Source: a virus (taxonomy: Duplodnaviria; Heunggongvirae; Uroviricota; Caudoviricetes). From it: a stretch of DNA of 30,030 bases. The number at the start of each line of letters is the position of its first letter. Position 1 is the stretch's first letter. Positions 6,208 through 15,970 of the stretch are shown here, one piece after another. The stretch lies in the IMG/VR virus record IMGVR_UViG_2778261231_000012; one strand, written 5' to 3'. The notes beneath the pieces are model-generated. The model was not told the origin of the DNA and searched no databases. It saw nothing but the letters and a program-made list of their open reading frames with translations. The translations under genes were made by a program, and so were the position numbers.

Positions 6208-6936
6208 ATGAGTAACAAAATCATTACGCTATCTGGCGCTGCTAATGAAGTGCTTTATGCGCTGTTTTTCCGTGGCGCGTTGCTGTCTGGTGATCTGCCT
6301 TCTAAATCTGGCACAGCCGAATTGCGCGAGCTTGGTTTTGCTGAAACCAGACACACAGCAACTGAATACCAGAAAGAAAATCACTTTACCTTTCTGACAT
6401 CAGAAGGGCAGAAATTTGCCGTTGAACACCTGGTCAATACGCGTTTTGGTGAGCAGCAATATTGCGCTTCGATGACGCTTGGCGTTGAGATTGATACCTC
6501 TGCTGCACAAAAGGCAATCGACGAGCTGGACCAGCGCATTCGTGACACCGTCTCCTTCGAACTTATTCGCAATGGAGTGTCATTCATCAAGGACGCCGCT
6601 ATCGCAAATGGTGCTATCCACGCAGCGGCAATCGAAACACCTCAGCCGGTGACCAATATCTACAACATCAGCCTTGGTATCCAGCGTGATGAGCCAGCGC
6701 AGAACAAGGTAACCGTCAGTGCCGATAAGTTCAAAGTTAAACCTGGTGTTGATACCAACATTGAAACGTTGATCGAAAACGCGCTGAAAAACGCTGCTGA
6801 ATGTGCGGCGCTGGATGTCACAAAGCAAATGGCAGCAGACAAGAAAGCGATGGATGAACTGGCTTCCTATGTCCGCACGGCCATCATGATGGAATGTTTC
6901 CCCGGTGGTGTTATCTGGCAGCAGTGCCGTCGATAG
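6208..6936 (+). CDS. hypothetical protein (242 aa), unknown function, immediately upstream of cos
   Basis: ORF with AAGGA SD 7 nt upstream of ATG 6208; no motif I can recognise. Confidence 0.65.
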   Translation: MSNKIITLSGAANEVLYALFFRGALLSGDLPSKSGTAELRELGFAETRHTATEYQKENHFTFLTSEGQKFAVEHLVNTRFGEQQYCASMTLGVEIDTSAAQKAIDELDQRIRDTVSFELIRNGVSFIKDAAIANGAIHAAAIETPQPVTNIYNISLGIQRDEPAQNKVTVSADKFKVKPGVDTNIETLIENALKNAAECAALDVTKQMAADKKAMDELASYVRTAIMMECFPGGVIWQQCRR

Positions 6937-6949
6937 TGTGCAATTGATA

Positions 6950-7181
6950 ATTATTATCGTTTGCGGGTCCTTTCCGGCGATCCGCCTTGTTACGGGGCGG
7001 CGTCCGCGCAGATTCTCGCTATTTATGAAAATTTTCTGGTTTATGCCATTTCCGTTCTTCTTCTTGTTTACTCATTGTTTTTGTTAAAAACGTCCTCTCT
7101 CCAGAAAGGAAATGCTGAGCAAGGAAAACGGAAGTTTACCGTTGATTGTTTCCTTTCTCTGTTTTTTGCCAGGAGTAAGCC
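6950..7181 (+). other. cos site (cosQ-cosN-cosB) of lambda type; predicted 12-nt cohesive end GGGCGGCGTCCG at 6995-7006
   Basis: Strong resemblance to the recalled lambda left end: ACG/GGGCGGCG(T)CC(G)CGC...TTCTCGCTATTTATGAAAATTTTC.GGTTTA...TTTCCGTTCTTCTTC...TTTCCTTTCTCTGTTTTT, immediately upstream of Nu1. Confidence 0.8.
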
Positions 7182-7727
7182 ATGGAGGTTAACAAAAAAC
7201 GCTTATCCGAAATTTTCGGGGTAAGCGTCCGAACGATTCAGAACTGGCAGGAGCAAGGTATGCCGGTTGTCCGCGGTGGTGGCAAAGGTAATGAGGTTCT
7301 CTTTGAATCTGCTGCTGCAATCGAATGGTACAGTGCGCGCGATGCAGCTATAGAAAATGAAAAGTTGCGGAAGGAAGTTGAAGATCTCCGTATCGCTTCT
7401 GAGTCCGATCTTCAACCTGGCACGATTGAATATGAGCGACACCGACTTACGCGAGCTCAGGCTGACGCTCAGGAATTAAAAAATGCAAAAGAGTCCGCTG
7501 AAGTGGTGGAGACCGCATTCTGCACGTTCGTGCTGTCGCGGGTAGCCGGAGAAATCGCCAGCATTCTCGATGGAATACCTCTGTCGGTTCAGCGGCGCTT
7601 CCCGGAGCTGGAGAACCGACATATTGATTTCCTCAAGAAGGACATCATTAAGGCCATGAACAAGGCAGCTGCGCTGGATGAAATGATACCGGGGTTGCTG
7701 AGTGAATATATCGAACAGTCAGGTTAA
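7182..7727 (+). CDS. nu1: terminase small subunit Nu1
   Basis: Close match over its full length to recalled lambda Nu1 (MEVNKK...IRTIQNWQEQGMPV.RGGGKGNEV...[10 protein letters not shown]). Confidence 0.95.
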   Translation: MEVNKKRLSEIFGVSVRTIQNWQEQGMPVVRGGGKGNEVLFESAAAIEWYSARDAAIENEKLRKEVEDLRIASESDLQPGTIEYERHRLTRAQADAQELKNAKESAEVVETAFCTFVLSRVAGEIASILDGIPLSVQRRFPELENRHIDFLKKDIIKAMNKAAALDEMIPGLLSEYIEQSG

Positions 7728-9624
7728 GGGGCTGCAGCACTCTGCGCGGGCGGGGTTACGTTCGCTGTACCGGCCGCAACCGCAAACAGCAGTTGAATGG
7801 GCAGATGAGAATTATTATCTCCCGAAAGAGTCTGCCTACCAGGAAGGGCGCTGGGAAACACTGCCATTTCAGCGTGCAATTATGAATGCGATGGGTAATG
7901 ACTATATTCGCGAGGTGAATGTCGTTAAATCGGCTCGTGTCGGCTACTCAAAAATGTTGCTCGGCGTTTACGCATATTTCATCCAACATAAACAGCGTAA
8001 CTCCCTAATATGGTTACCAACCGACGGTGATGCTGAAAACTTCATGAAGTCTCATGTAGAACCGACCATTCGTGATATTCCGACGTTGCTGGCGCTTGCT
8101 CCCTGGTACGGTAAAAAACACCGGGACAATACGCTGAGCATGAAGCGTTTCTCGAATGGTCGTGGTTTCTGGTGCCTGGGCGGTAAGGCTGCAAAAAACT
8201 ACCGTGAAAAATCAGTTGATGTGGCTGGCTACGACGAGCTCGCCGCTTTCGATGATGACATCGAGAAAGAAGGTTCTCCCACCTTTCTGGGTGATAAGCG
8301 TATTGAGGGTTCTGTATGGCCGAAATCCATTCGCGGATCTACACCGAAAGTCAAAGGTACGTGCCAGATAGAAAGAGCTGCTAAGGAGTCTGAACATTTT
8401 CTTCGGTTCCATGTTCCATGCCCACACTGTGGGGAAGAGCAGTATCTGAAATTCGGTGATAAAGAGACACCATTTGGCTTCAAATGGTCTCCGGGAGAAC
8501 CTGCCAGCGTTTACTACCTCTGTGAACACAATGCCTGTGTGATTAAACAACAGGAGCTGGAATTTCTGGAGGCCAGGTATATTTGTGATGAAACAGGTAT
8601 CTGGACACGAGACGGCCTTAACTGGTTTTCTTCATCCGGTACCGAAATTGAACCTCCTGACAGCGTTACATTCCACATCTGGACCGCATATAGCCCGTTC
8701 ACAACCTGGGTGCAGATCGTCAAGGACTGGATAAAAACAAAAGGTGATACGGGTAAGCGAAAAACTTTCGTTAACACGACCCTGGGCGAAACGTGGGAAC
8801 CGAAAATAGGTGAACGACCCGATGCTGAAGTTTTAGCGGAACGAAAAGAGCACTTTGAAGCGTCTGTGCCGGAGCGAGTGGCATATCTGACAGCGGGTAT
8901 TGACTCCCAGCTTGACCGTTACGAAATGCGTGTTTGGGGATGGGGGCCGGGAGAGGAAAGCTGGCTTATCGACAAAATTATCATTATGGGTCGTCATGAT
9001 GATGAGTCGACTCTCGCTCGAGTTGATGAAGCGATCAACAGGACGTATAAGCGCCAGAACGGTCTCGAAATGGTTATATCCCGCACTTGCTGGGATATTG
9101 GCGGCATTGATCCCACCATCGTCTACAACCGCTCAAAAAAACACGGTCTGTTTCGTGTGATCCCTATAAAGGGGGCGTCGGTTTATGGAAAGCCAGTGGC
9201 GAACATGCCACGCAAGCGTAACAAGAATGGTGTTTACCTCACAGAGGTAGGAACAGACACCGCAAAAGAGCAGATTTATAACCGTTTCACGCTGGTGGCG
9301 CAAAGAGACGAGCCGCTGGCGGGAGCGGTTCATTTCCCGAATAACCCAGAAATCTACGATCTAACAGAGGCCCAACAACTAACAGCTGAAGAGCAGGTGG
9401 AAAAATGGGTAGACGGAAAGAAAAAGATCGTCTGGGACAGCAAAAAACGACGAAATGAGGCGCTCGATTGCTTTGTTTATGCACTGGCGGCGCTGCGTAT
9501 AAGCATATCCCGCTGGCAGCTAAATCTTGATTCACTTCTGGCCAGCCTGCTGGAGGAAGAAGGCAGCCGTAACAATAACAAGACCCTGGCGGATTACGCG
9601 CGGGCATTATCTGGAGATGAATAA
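7702..9624 (+). CDS. A: terminase large subunit gpA
   Basis: 640 aa; close match to recalled lambda gpA (MNISNSQV...[33 protein letters not shown]...); overlaps Nu1 3' end as in lambda. Confidence 0.95.
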   Translation: MNISNSQVKGLQHSARAGLRSLYRPQPQTAVEWADENYYLPKESAYQEGRWETLPFQRAIMNAMGNDYIREVNVVKSARVGYSKMLLGVYAYFIQHKQRNSLIWLPTDGDAENFMKSHVEPTIRDIPTLLALAPWYGKKHRDNTLSMKRFSNGRGFWCLGGKAAKNYREKSVDVAGYDELAAFDDDIEKEGSPTFLGDKRIEGSVWPKSIRGSTPKVKGTCQIERAAKESEHFLRFHVPCPHCGEEQYLKFGDKETPFGFKWSPGEPASVYYLCEHNACVIKQQELEFLEARYICDETGIWTRDGLNWFSSSGTEIEPPDSVTFHIWTAYSPFTTWVQIVKDWIKTKGDTGKRKTFVNTTLGETWEPKIGERPDAEVLAERKEHFEASVPERVAYLTAGIDSQLDRYEMRVWGWGPGEESWLIDKIIIMGRHDDESTLARVDEAINRTYKRQNGLEMVISRTCWDIGGIDPTIVYNRSKKHGLFRVIPIKGASVYGKPVANMPRKRNKNGVYLTEVGTDTAKEQIYNRFTLVAQRDEPLAGAVHFPNNPEIYDLTEAQQLTAEEQVEKWVDGKKKIVWDSKKRRNEALDCFVYALAALRISISRWQLNLDSLLASLLEEEGSRNNNKTLADYARALSGDE

Positions 9625-9830
9625 TGGCAACACAGACTGAACTGGATGCCGCGCGCGCTGCGTTACATGACCTGATGATGGGAAAGCGCGTGGCGACGGT
9701 ACAGAAAGACGGTCGAAGAGTGGAATTTACAGCCACTTCAGTCAGCGATCTCAAAAAATATATTGCTGACCTTGAATCTCAGGTTGGCACCACATCACGA
9801 CGCCGGGGGCCAGCAGGGTTTTACGTATGA
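9624..9830 (+). CDS. W: head-tail joining protein gpW
   Basis: 68 aa; matches recalled lambda W ([42 protein letters not shown]...[10 protein letters not shown]). Confidence 0.9.
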   Translation: MATQTELDAARAALHDLMMGKRVATVQKDGRRVEFTATSVSDLKKYIADLESQVGTTSRRRGPAGFYV

Positions 9831-11419
9831 AAATACCATCTTTGGTGGGACCTGACGGGAAAACATCCCTTCGGGAATACGCAGGATATCATGGCGGTGG
9901 AGGCGGGTTTGGTGGGCAGCTGCGAGGCTGGAATCCGCCGAGTGAAAGTGCAGATGCCGCACTCCTACCCAACTATTCTCGCGGAAATGCCCGCGCTGAC
10001 GATCTGGTGCGAAATAATGGCTACGCGGCAAACGCCGTGCAGCTCCACCAGGACCACATCGTCGGGTCATTTTTCAGACTCAGTTATCGACCAAGCTGGC
10101 GTTATCTGGGAATAAATGAGGAGGATTCACGGGCATTCTCGCGGGATGTGGAAGCTGCATGGAATGAGTATGCCGAGGACGACTTTTGCGGGATTGATGC
10201 CGAGCGTAAGCGAACGTTTACGATGATGATCCGAGAAGGTGTGGCCATGCACGCGTTTAACGGTGAATTATGCACGCAGGCGACCTGGGACAGCGATTCA
10301 ACGCGTCTTTTCCGTACTCAGTTCAAAATGGTCAGTCCGAAGCGCGTCAGCAATCCGAATAATATCGGTGATACCCGGAACTGTCGCGCCGGTGTGAAAA
10401 TAAATGATAGCGGTGCTGCGCTGGGATATTACGTCAGCGACGATGGTTATCCCGGCTGGATGGCGCAGAACTGGACCTACATTCCTCGCGAACTACCCGG
10501 CGGTCGACCTTCATTTATCCATGTATTCGAACCGATGGAGGATGGACAGACCCGTGGGGCCAATGCGTTTTACAGCGTGATGGAGCAGATGAAAATGCTC
10601 GATACCCTGCAAAATACCCAGCTCCAGAGCGCGATAGTGAAGGCTATGTATGCCGCTACCATCGAGAGTGAACTGGATACCCAATCGGCGATGGACTTTA
10701 TTCTCGGCGCGGATAATAAAGAGCAGCAGAGCAAACTTACGGGCTGGCTCGGTGAAATGGCGTCCTATTACTCAGCTGCGCCTGTTCGCCTGGGTGGGGC
10801 AAGGGTTCCACACCTGTTGCCGGGTGATTCTCTCAACCTTCAGTCGGCGCAGGATACCGATAACGGCTACTCGACTTTTGAACAGTCCCTGCTGCGTTAT
10901 ATTGCCGCTGGGCTTGGTGTGTCGTATGAGCAGCTTTCGCGAAACTATTCGCAGATGAGCTACTCGACCGCACGCGCAAGTGCTAACGAGTCCTGGGCGT
11001 ACTTTATGGGGCGTCGCAAGTTTGTGGCATCCCGACAGGCCTGTCAGATGTTTCTTTGCTGGCTTGAAGAGGCGATTGTCCGCCGCGTGGTCACGCTTCC
11101 TTCGAAAGCCCGGTTCAGTTTCCAGGAGGCGAGAACAGCCTGGGGGAATGCCAACTGGATTGGCTCTGGTCGAATGGCAATTGACGGGCTGAAAGAGGTA
11201 CAGGAGGCCGTCATGCTCATTGAGGCAGGTCTCAGCACGTATGAAAAAGAGTGCGCCAAACGCGGTGATGATTATCAGGAGATTTTTGCCCAGCAGGTCC
11301 GGGAAACCATGGAGCGTCGTGCTGCGGGTCTGAAACCACCGGCATGGGCCGCTGCAGCTTTTGAGGCCGGAGTGAAAAAATCAAACGAGGAGGAGCAAGA
11401 TGGCGCACGAGCTGCGTAA
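9827..11419 (+). CDS. B: portal protein gpB
   Basis: 530 aa; close match to recalled lambda gpB ([66 protein letters not shown]...). Confidence 0.95.
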   Translation: MKIPSLVGPDGKTSLREYAGYHGGGGGFGGQLRGWNPPSESADAALLPNYSRGNARADDLVRNNGYAANAVQLHQDHIVGSFFRLSYRPSWRYLGINEEDSRAFSRDVEAAWNEYAEDDFCGIDAERKRTFTMMIREGVAMHAFNGELCTQATWDSDSTRLFRTQFKMVSPKRVSNPNNIGDTRNCRAGVKINDSGAALGYYVSDDGYPGWMAQNWTYIPRELPGGRPSFIHVFEPMEDGQTRGANAFYSVMEQMKMLDTLQNTQLQSAIVKAMYAATIESELDTQSAMDFILGADNKEQQSKLTGWLGEMASYYSAAPVRLGGARVPHLLPGDSLNLQSAQDTDNGYSTFEQSLLRYIAAGLGVSYEQLSRNYSQMSYSTARASANESWAYFMGRRKFVASRQACQMFLCWLEEAIVRRVVTLPSKARFSFQEARTAWGNANWIGSGRMAIDGLKEVQEAVMLIEAGLSTYEKECAKRGDDYQEIFAQQVRETMERRAAGLKPPAWAAAAFEAGVKKSNEEEQDGARAA

Positions 11420-12743
11420 TCTTCCGCATATTGCCAGTATGGCCTTTAATGAGCCGCTGATGCTTGAACCCGCCTATGCGCGGGTTTTCTTTTGCGCGCT
11501 GGCTGGCCAGTTGGGCATCACCCGGCTGACAGATACCGTCTCTGGCATCACGCTTGATGCCGGACAAATAGCCGAACCGCTGGCGCTGTTTGGTGAGGAT
11601 GATGACATGGATCCCCGTCCATCACGCAGCTATCAGGTGGCAAATGGTATCGCGGTCTTGCCGGTTTCCGGCACGCTGGTCAGTAAAACCCGTGCGCTTC
11701 AGCCTTATTCCGGCATGACGGGTTACAACGGGATCATTGCTCGCCTGCAGCAGGCAATCAGTGACCCCGGCGTTGACGGCATTCTTCTGGATATGGATAC
11801 GCCGGGTGGAATGGTGTCCGGGGCGTTTGACTGCGCCGACATTATAGCCCGTATGCGCGATATCAAACCCATCTGGGCGCTGGCCAATGACATGAACTGC
11901 AGTGCAGGGCAGCTTATAGCCAGTTCGGCATCGCGACGGCTGGTTACACAAACGGCCAGAACCGGCTCCATTGGGGTCATGATGGCGCACAGCAACTATG
12001 GCGCTGCGCTCAAAACTAACGGCGTTGAGGTCACGCTGATTTACAGCGGCGATCGCAAGGTCGACGGCAACCCTTACGAAAAGCTTCCGAAAGATGTGCG
12101 TGCTGATTTCCAGACGCGTATCGATGCCACTCGTCAGATGTTTGCCGAAAAGGTTTCCGCTTATACCGGCATGTCTGTTCAGGACGTGCTGGACACCGAA
12201 GCGGCAGTATTCTCCGGCCAGGAGTCTTTGGATAACGGACTGGCGGATGAACTTGTTAACAATACCGATGCGCTCGGCGTGATGCGCGAAGCACTCGACA
12301 GACGCAAAAAAACAACCCTTGGAGGAACTATGCCATCACCTTCTGCTTCAGCTGTGACCACTAAGCCAGTTGACCAGGCAGCAACTCAGACAACTGCCTC
12401 AGCTGAACAGGTCACTACCGTTGACACGACCATTGCTTCCGTAGCGGCCCCTGTAGATGTCAGTGCGCAGGTTACTGCAGCAGTAGCTGCAGAGAATAGC
12501 CGCATCATGGGCATCCTGAACTGCGATGAGGCTAAAGGGCGTGAGTCACAGGCGCGAGCACTGGCCGAAACGCCGGGTATGACGGTAGAGAGCGCACAGC
12601 GCATTCTGGCTGCTGCACCGCAAAGTGCCCAGGCGCGTACCGATACGGCGCTGGATCGTTTGATGGAAACAGCACCCGGTGCACTCCCAGCAGGTAGCGC
12701 ATCTTCTGATGCCGCTGACGATTTGTTAAACACCCCCGTTTAA
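11400..12743 (+). CDS. C: head maturation protease/scaffold gpC (S49-type), presumably with nested in-frame Nu3 scaffold
   Basis: 447 aa; matches recalled lambda gpC ([37 protein letters not shown]...); Ala/Thr/Gln-rich C-terminal third. Confidence 0.9.
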   Translation: MAHELRNLPHIASMAFNEPLMLEPAYARVFFCALAGQLGITRLTDTVSGITLDAGQIAEPLALFGEDDDMDPRPSRSYQVANGIAVLPVSGTLVSKTRALQPYSGMTGYNGIIARLQQAISDPGVDGILLDMDTPGGMVSGAFDCADIIARMRDIKPIWALANDMNCSAGQLIASSASRRLVTQTARTGSIGVMMAHSNYGAALKTNGVEVTLIYSGDRKVDGNPYEKLPKDVRADFQTRIDATRQMFAEKVSAYTGMSVQDVLDTEAAVFSGQESLDNGLADELVNNTDALGVMREALDRRKKTTLGGTMPSPSASAVTTKPVDQAATQTTASAEQVTTVDTTIASVAAPVDVSAQVTAAVAAENSRIMGILNCDEAKGRESQARALAETPGMTVESAQRILAAAPQSAQARTDTALDRLMETAPGALPAGSASSDAADDLLNTPV

Positions 12744-12752
12744 GAGGCTATC

Positions 12753-13085
12753 ATGGCAATTACTGAAGTTTTCACACATAACCAGCCGCTCGGTAACAGC
12801 GACCCGGCGCACACTGCGTATGGTCCTGGCGAACTGACGGCTTCCACTCCAGCCATGACGCCGCTCATGCTGGATGCCACTTCTGGCAAGCTGACCGTCT
12901 GGGATGGTGCTCATGCTGGCGCGGCAATGGGCATCCTGGCTGTAACCGCAGACCAGAACAGCGCGGAACTGGCATATTACAAATCTGGCTCTTTCCGTAT
13001 TGAAGATGTCCTCTGGCCATCTGCCGTCACCGACGACAACATTAAACGTAACGCGTTCGCCGGTACTGCAATCAGCATCGTTTAA
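12753..13085 (+). CDS. D: head decoration protein gpD
   Basis: 110 aa; matches recalled lambda gpD ([22 protein letters not shown]...GILAV.ADQ......YKSG.FR.EDVLWP...[10 protein letters not shown]). Confidence 0.9.
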   Translation: MAITEVFTHNQPLGNSDPAHTAYGPGELTASTPAMTPLMLDATSGKLTVWDGAHAGAAMGILAVTADQNSAELAYYKSGSFRIEDVLWPSAVTDDNIKRNAFAGTAISIV

Positions 13086-13115
13086 TCCGCATTTCTACAA
13101 CCATCATCATTCATA

Positions 13116-13139
13116 AAAGCCGCTTGCGCGGCTTTTTTT
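13116..13139 (+). terminator. intercistronic hairpin with U-tract between D and E (terminator-like)
   Basis: aaagccgc-ttgc-gcggcttt stem followed by TTTTTTT. Confidence 0.5.
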
Positions 13140-13152
13140 ACGGGAAAAATCT

Positions 13153-14178
13153 ATGTCCGTTTACACCACTGCCCAACTGCTGGCGGTCAATGAGAAGAAA
13201 TTCAAATTCGATCCGCTTTTCCTGCGTATCTTTTTCCGCGAAACCTATCCCTTCAGTACAGAGAAGGTTTACCTGTCGCAAATTCCTGGCCTGGTCAATA
13301 TGGCGCTTTACGTCTCGCCGATTGTCTCCGGCAAAGTGATCCGCTCCCGTGGCGGCAGCACGTCTGAATTCACGCCGGGTTATGTGAAGCCGAAACACGA
13401 AGTTAACCCACTGATGACTCTCCGCCGCCTGCCGGATGAGGATCCGCAGAATCTCGCTGACCCGGTCTATCGCCGTCGCCGCATTATCCTTCAGAACATG
13501 AAGGATGAAGAGCTGGCGATTGCTCAGGTCGAAGAGAAACAGGCTGTTTCGGCGGTGCTCAGCGGTAAATACACCATGACCGGGGAAGCGTTCGAGCCTG
13601 TTGAAGTCGATATGGGCCGCAGCGCTGGTAACAACATTGTCCAGGCCGGTGCGGCTGCATGGTCAACCCGCGACAAAGAAACGTATGACCCGACCGATGA
13701 CATTGAAGCCTACGCGCTCAACGCCAGCGGTGTGGTCAACATCATTGTGTTCGATCCGAAAGGCTGGGCGCTGTTCCGTTCCTTCAAGGCTGTTGAGAAG
13801 AAGCTGGATACGCGTCGTGGTTCTAACTCTGAGCTGGAAACTGCCGTGAAAGACCTGGGTATGGCTGTTTCATACAAGGGGATGTTTGGCGATGTGGCCA
13901 TCGTGGTGTACTCCGGCCAGTACGTCGAAAACGACGTCAAAAAGAATTATCTGCCGGACCTGACAATGGTGCTGGGGAATACCCAGGCTCGTGGCCTGCG
14001 TACCTATGGCTGCATTCTTGATGCTGATGCCCAGCGCGAAGGTATCAATGCCTCGACACGCTACCCGAAAAACTGGGTGCAGTCGGGGGATCCGGCGCGC
14101 GAATTCACCATGATTCAGTCAGCTCCGCTGATGCTGCTGCCAGACCCTGACGCATTCGTCTCCGTCAAACTGGCATAA
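13153..14178 (+). CDS. E: major capsid protein gpE
   Basis: 341 aa; close match to recalled lambda gpE (YTTAQLLA.NE.KFKFDPLFLR.FFRE.YPF.TEKVYLSQIPGLVNMALYVSPIVSG.VIRSRGGSTSEFTPGYVKPKHEVNP...). Confidence 0.95.
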   Translation: MSVYTTAQLLAVNEKKFKFDPLFLRIFFRETYPFSTEKVYLSQIPGLVNMALYVSPIVSGKVIRSRGGSTSEFTPGYVKPKHEVNPLMTLRRLPDEDPQNLADPVYRRRRIILQNMKDEELAIAQVEEKQAVSAVLSGKYTMTGEAFEPVEVDMGRSAGNNIVQAGAAAWSTRDKETYDPTDDIEAYALNASGVVNIIVFDPKGWALFRSFKAVEKKLDTRRGSNSELETAVKDLGMAVSYKGMFGDVAIVVYSGQYVENDVKKNYLPDLTMVLGNTQARGLRTYGCILDADAQREGINASTRYPKNWVQSGDPAREFTMIQSAPLMLLPDPDAFVSVKLA

Positions 14179-14223
14179 CTTCCCCCAGTGGCCCTGTCGG
14201 GCCACCTTTCTGGAGTATTTCCC

Positions 14224-14640
14224 ATGACAGAAAAAGAAAAGCTGGTCGCCCGCCTGAATGAACTTGGGACCCAGCTTAACCGCGAGGTCAGTACCAGCGG
14301 CACCATTCAGGAACTGACGATGCGTATTGCTGAGCTTGAAGAGGAACTGGATGGCAATGCCGGGTCAGTTGACGGTGAAAACGGCGTGCAGAATGCTTCC
14401 GACAGCACCGACAGCACCGACAGCACCGACAACAATGTTGCTAACGTGGCAAAAGTAAAAACGGAATCGGCCACAACGGGTGACCTGGTATCAGTAGAAA
14501 CGCTGGCCACCCTGCATATTGACGCTCTGCATGCCACGCGTAACGAGCCGGTATCTATCGTAGAGCCTGGTGTGATTATCCGCGTATCTGAACAGGATGC
14601 CGACGACTTGATCGCAAAGGGGCTGGCTTTCGAAGTCTGA
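14224..14640 (+). CDS. FI: head assembly/DNA packaging protein gpFI
   Basis: Start ATG 14224 (MTEKEKL) with GGAG SD; matches recalled lambda FI (L.ARL..LG.QLNR.VS..GT..EL..R.AEL.EELD ... LHTDALHATR.EPV); track start 14188 is an extension. Confidence 0.85.
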   Translation: MTEKEKLVARLNELGTQLNREVSTSGTIQELTMRIAELEEELDGNAGSVDGENGVQNASDSTDSTDSTDNNVANVAKVKTESATTGDLVSVETLATLHIDALHATRNEPVSIVEPGVIIRVSEQDADDLIAKGLAFEV

Positions 14641-14650
14641 AGGGGGCCAC

Positions 14651-15004
14651 ATGGCTGATTTCGATAATCTCTTTGACGAGGCCATGTCGCGAGCTGATAG
14701 CGCTATCCGTGGTGTGATGGGCACAGAGGCAAAGGTGATGTCAGGCGCTTTGTCAGGTGCCACCCTGGTCGGTGTATTCGATGATCCAGAAAATATCGGA
14801 TATGCCGGTGCCGGGATTCGTGTTGAAGGAACCAGCCCGACCCTGTTTGTGGAAACCGCCACTGTCAGGCAGCTGCAGCGTATGGACACGCTGACGATTA
14901 ACGGTCGGCAATTCTGGGTTGAACGTATTGGTCCGGATGACTGTGGCTCCTGTCATATCTGTCTGGGTAACGGCTCTCCACCTGCATCTTCGCGTCGCCG
15001 TTAA
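14651..15004 (+). CDS. FII: head-tail connector protein gpFII
   Basis: 117 aa; matches recalled lambda FII (MADFDNLFD.A..RAD..IRG.MGT ... GVFDDPENI.YAG.G.RVEG.SP.LFV.T..VRQL.R.DTLTI). Confidence 0.9.
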   Translation: MADFDNLFDEAMSRADSAIRGVMGTEAKVMSGALSGATLVGVFDDPENIGYAGAGIRVEGTSPTLFVETATVRQLQRMDTLTINGRQFWVERIGPDDCGSCHICLGNGSPPASSRRR

Positions 15005-15013
15005 GGAGCGCAT

Positions 15014-15568
15014 ATGTCCATAAAAGGCCTTGAACAGGCCATAGAAAACCTTAACAGCATCAGCAAAACGGCTGTTCCGCGGGCATCGGCGCAGGCCGTT
15101 AACCGCGTGGCAAACCGGGCCGTCAGCCGCAGCGTGGCAGTCGTATCAAAAGATACGCGCGTACCGCGAAAACTGGTAAAGCAACGCGCCAGGGTGAAGC
15201 GTGCGACGGTCAATAGACCTCGTGCACTTATCCGGGTAAACCGGGGAAATTTACCGGCCATTAAACTCGGTACCGCAAGCGTGCGACTTTCCCGCAGAAA
15301 ACGGGACAAGAAAGGGGCCAACAGCGTTCTGCGCATAGGGCCATTTCGTTTTCCGGGCGGCTTTATCCAGCAACTTAAAAATGGTCGCTGGCATGTCATG
15401 AGGCGGACTTCAAAACCTCGTTACCCCATTGAAGTGGTCAGCATCCCGCTGGCAGCTCCATTAACTACGGCATTTAAAGAAGAACTGCCGAAGCTCATGG
15501 AGTCAGATATGCCCAAAGAGCTCCGGGCATCCCTTACCAACCAACTCAGGTTAATTCTGACACGATGA
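15014..15568 (+). CDS. Z: minor tail protein gpZ
   Basis: 184 aa; matches recalled lambda Z (MSIKGLE.AIENLNSISKTAVP.A.A.A.NRVA...FIQQLKNGRWHVM.R). Confidence 0.9.
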   Translation: MSIKGLEQAIENLNSISKTAVPRASAQAVNRVANRAVSRSVAVVSKDTRVPRKLVKQRARVKRATVNRPRALIRVNRGNLPAIKLGTASVRLSRRKRDKKGANSVLRIGPFRFPGGFIQQLKNGRWHVMRRTSKPRYPIEVVSIPLAAPLTTAFKEELPKLMESDMPKELRASLTNQLRLILTR

Positions 15569-15963
15569 AACACAGCGATATTCGCAAGGTGATTATTGAC
15601 GCGCTGGAAAGCGCGATTGGTACTGATGTCATTTATTTTGACGGCAGACCTGCAGTGCTCGAAGAGGGTGATTTTCCCGCTGTTGCCGTCTACCTGACAG
15701 ATGCGGAATACACAGGGGAAGAACTGGACGCCGATAGCTGGCAGGCCATTCTGCATATCGAAGTCTTTCTTGAGGCTCAGGTACCTGATTCTGATCTGGA
15801 TGACTGGATGGAGACGAGAGTGTATCCGGTTCTCGCAGAGGTTCCGGGGCTTGAATCTCTTATCACCACAATGGTTCAGCAGGGCTATGACTACCAGCGC
15901 GATGACGATATGGCGCTGTGGAGTTCTGCCGACCTGAAATATTCCATTACTTACGACATGTGA
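15565..15963 (+). CDS. U: tail terminator protein gpU
   Basis: 132 aa; ATGA overlap with Z stop; matches recalled lambda U ([50 protein letters not shown]). Confidence 0.9.
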   Translation: MKHSDIRKVIIDALESAIGTDVIYFDGRPAVLEEGDFPAVAVYLTDAEYTGEELDADSWQAILHIEVFLEAQVPDSDLDDWMETRVYPVLAEVPGLESLITTMVQQGYDYQRDDDMALWSSADLKYSITYDM

Positions 15964-15970
15964 GGACCCT

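Noticed and set aside
6905-7224. Track ORFs 6905-7087 and 6961-7224 across the cos region
   Set aside because: This DNA matches the lambda cos site nearly base-for-base by recall; the ORFs are low-complexity translations of AT-rich cosB DNA without start signals.
14188-14223. Upstream start for gpFI at 14188
   Set aside because: It overlaps the hairpin after E and lacks an SD; ATG 14224 has a GGAG SD and aligns with the lambda FI N-terminus.
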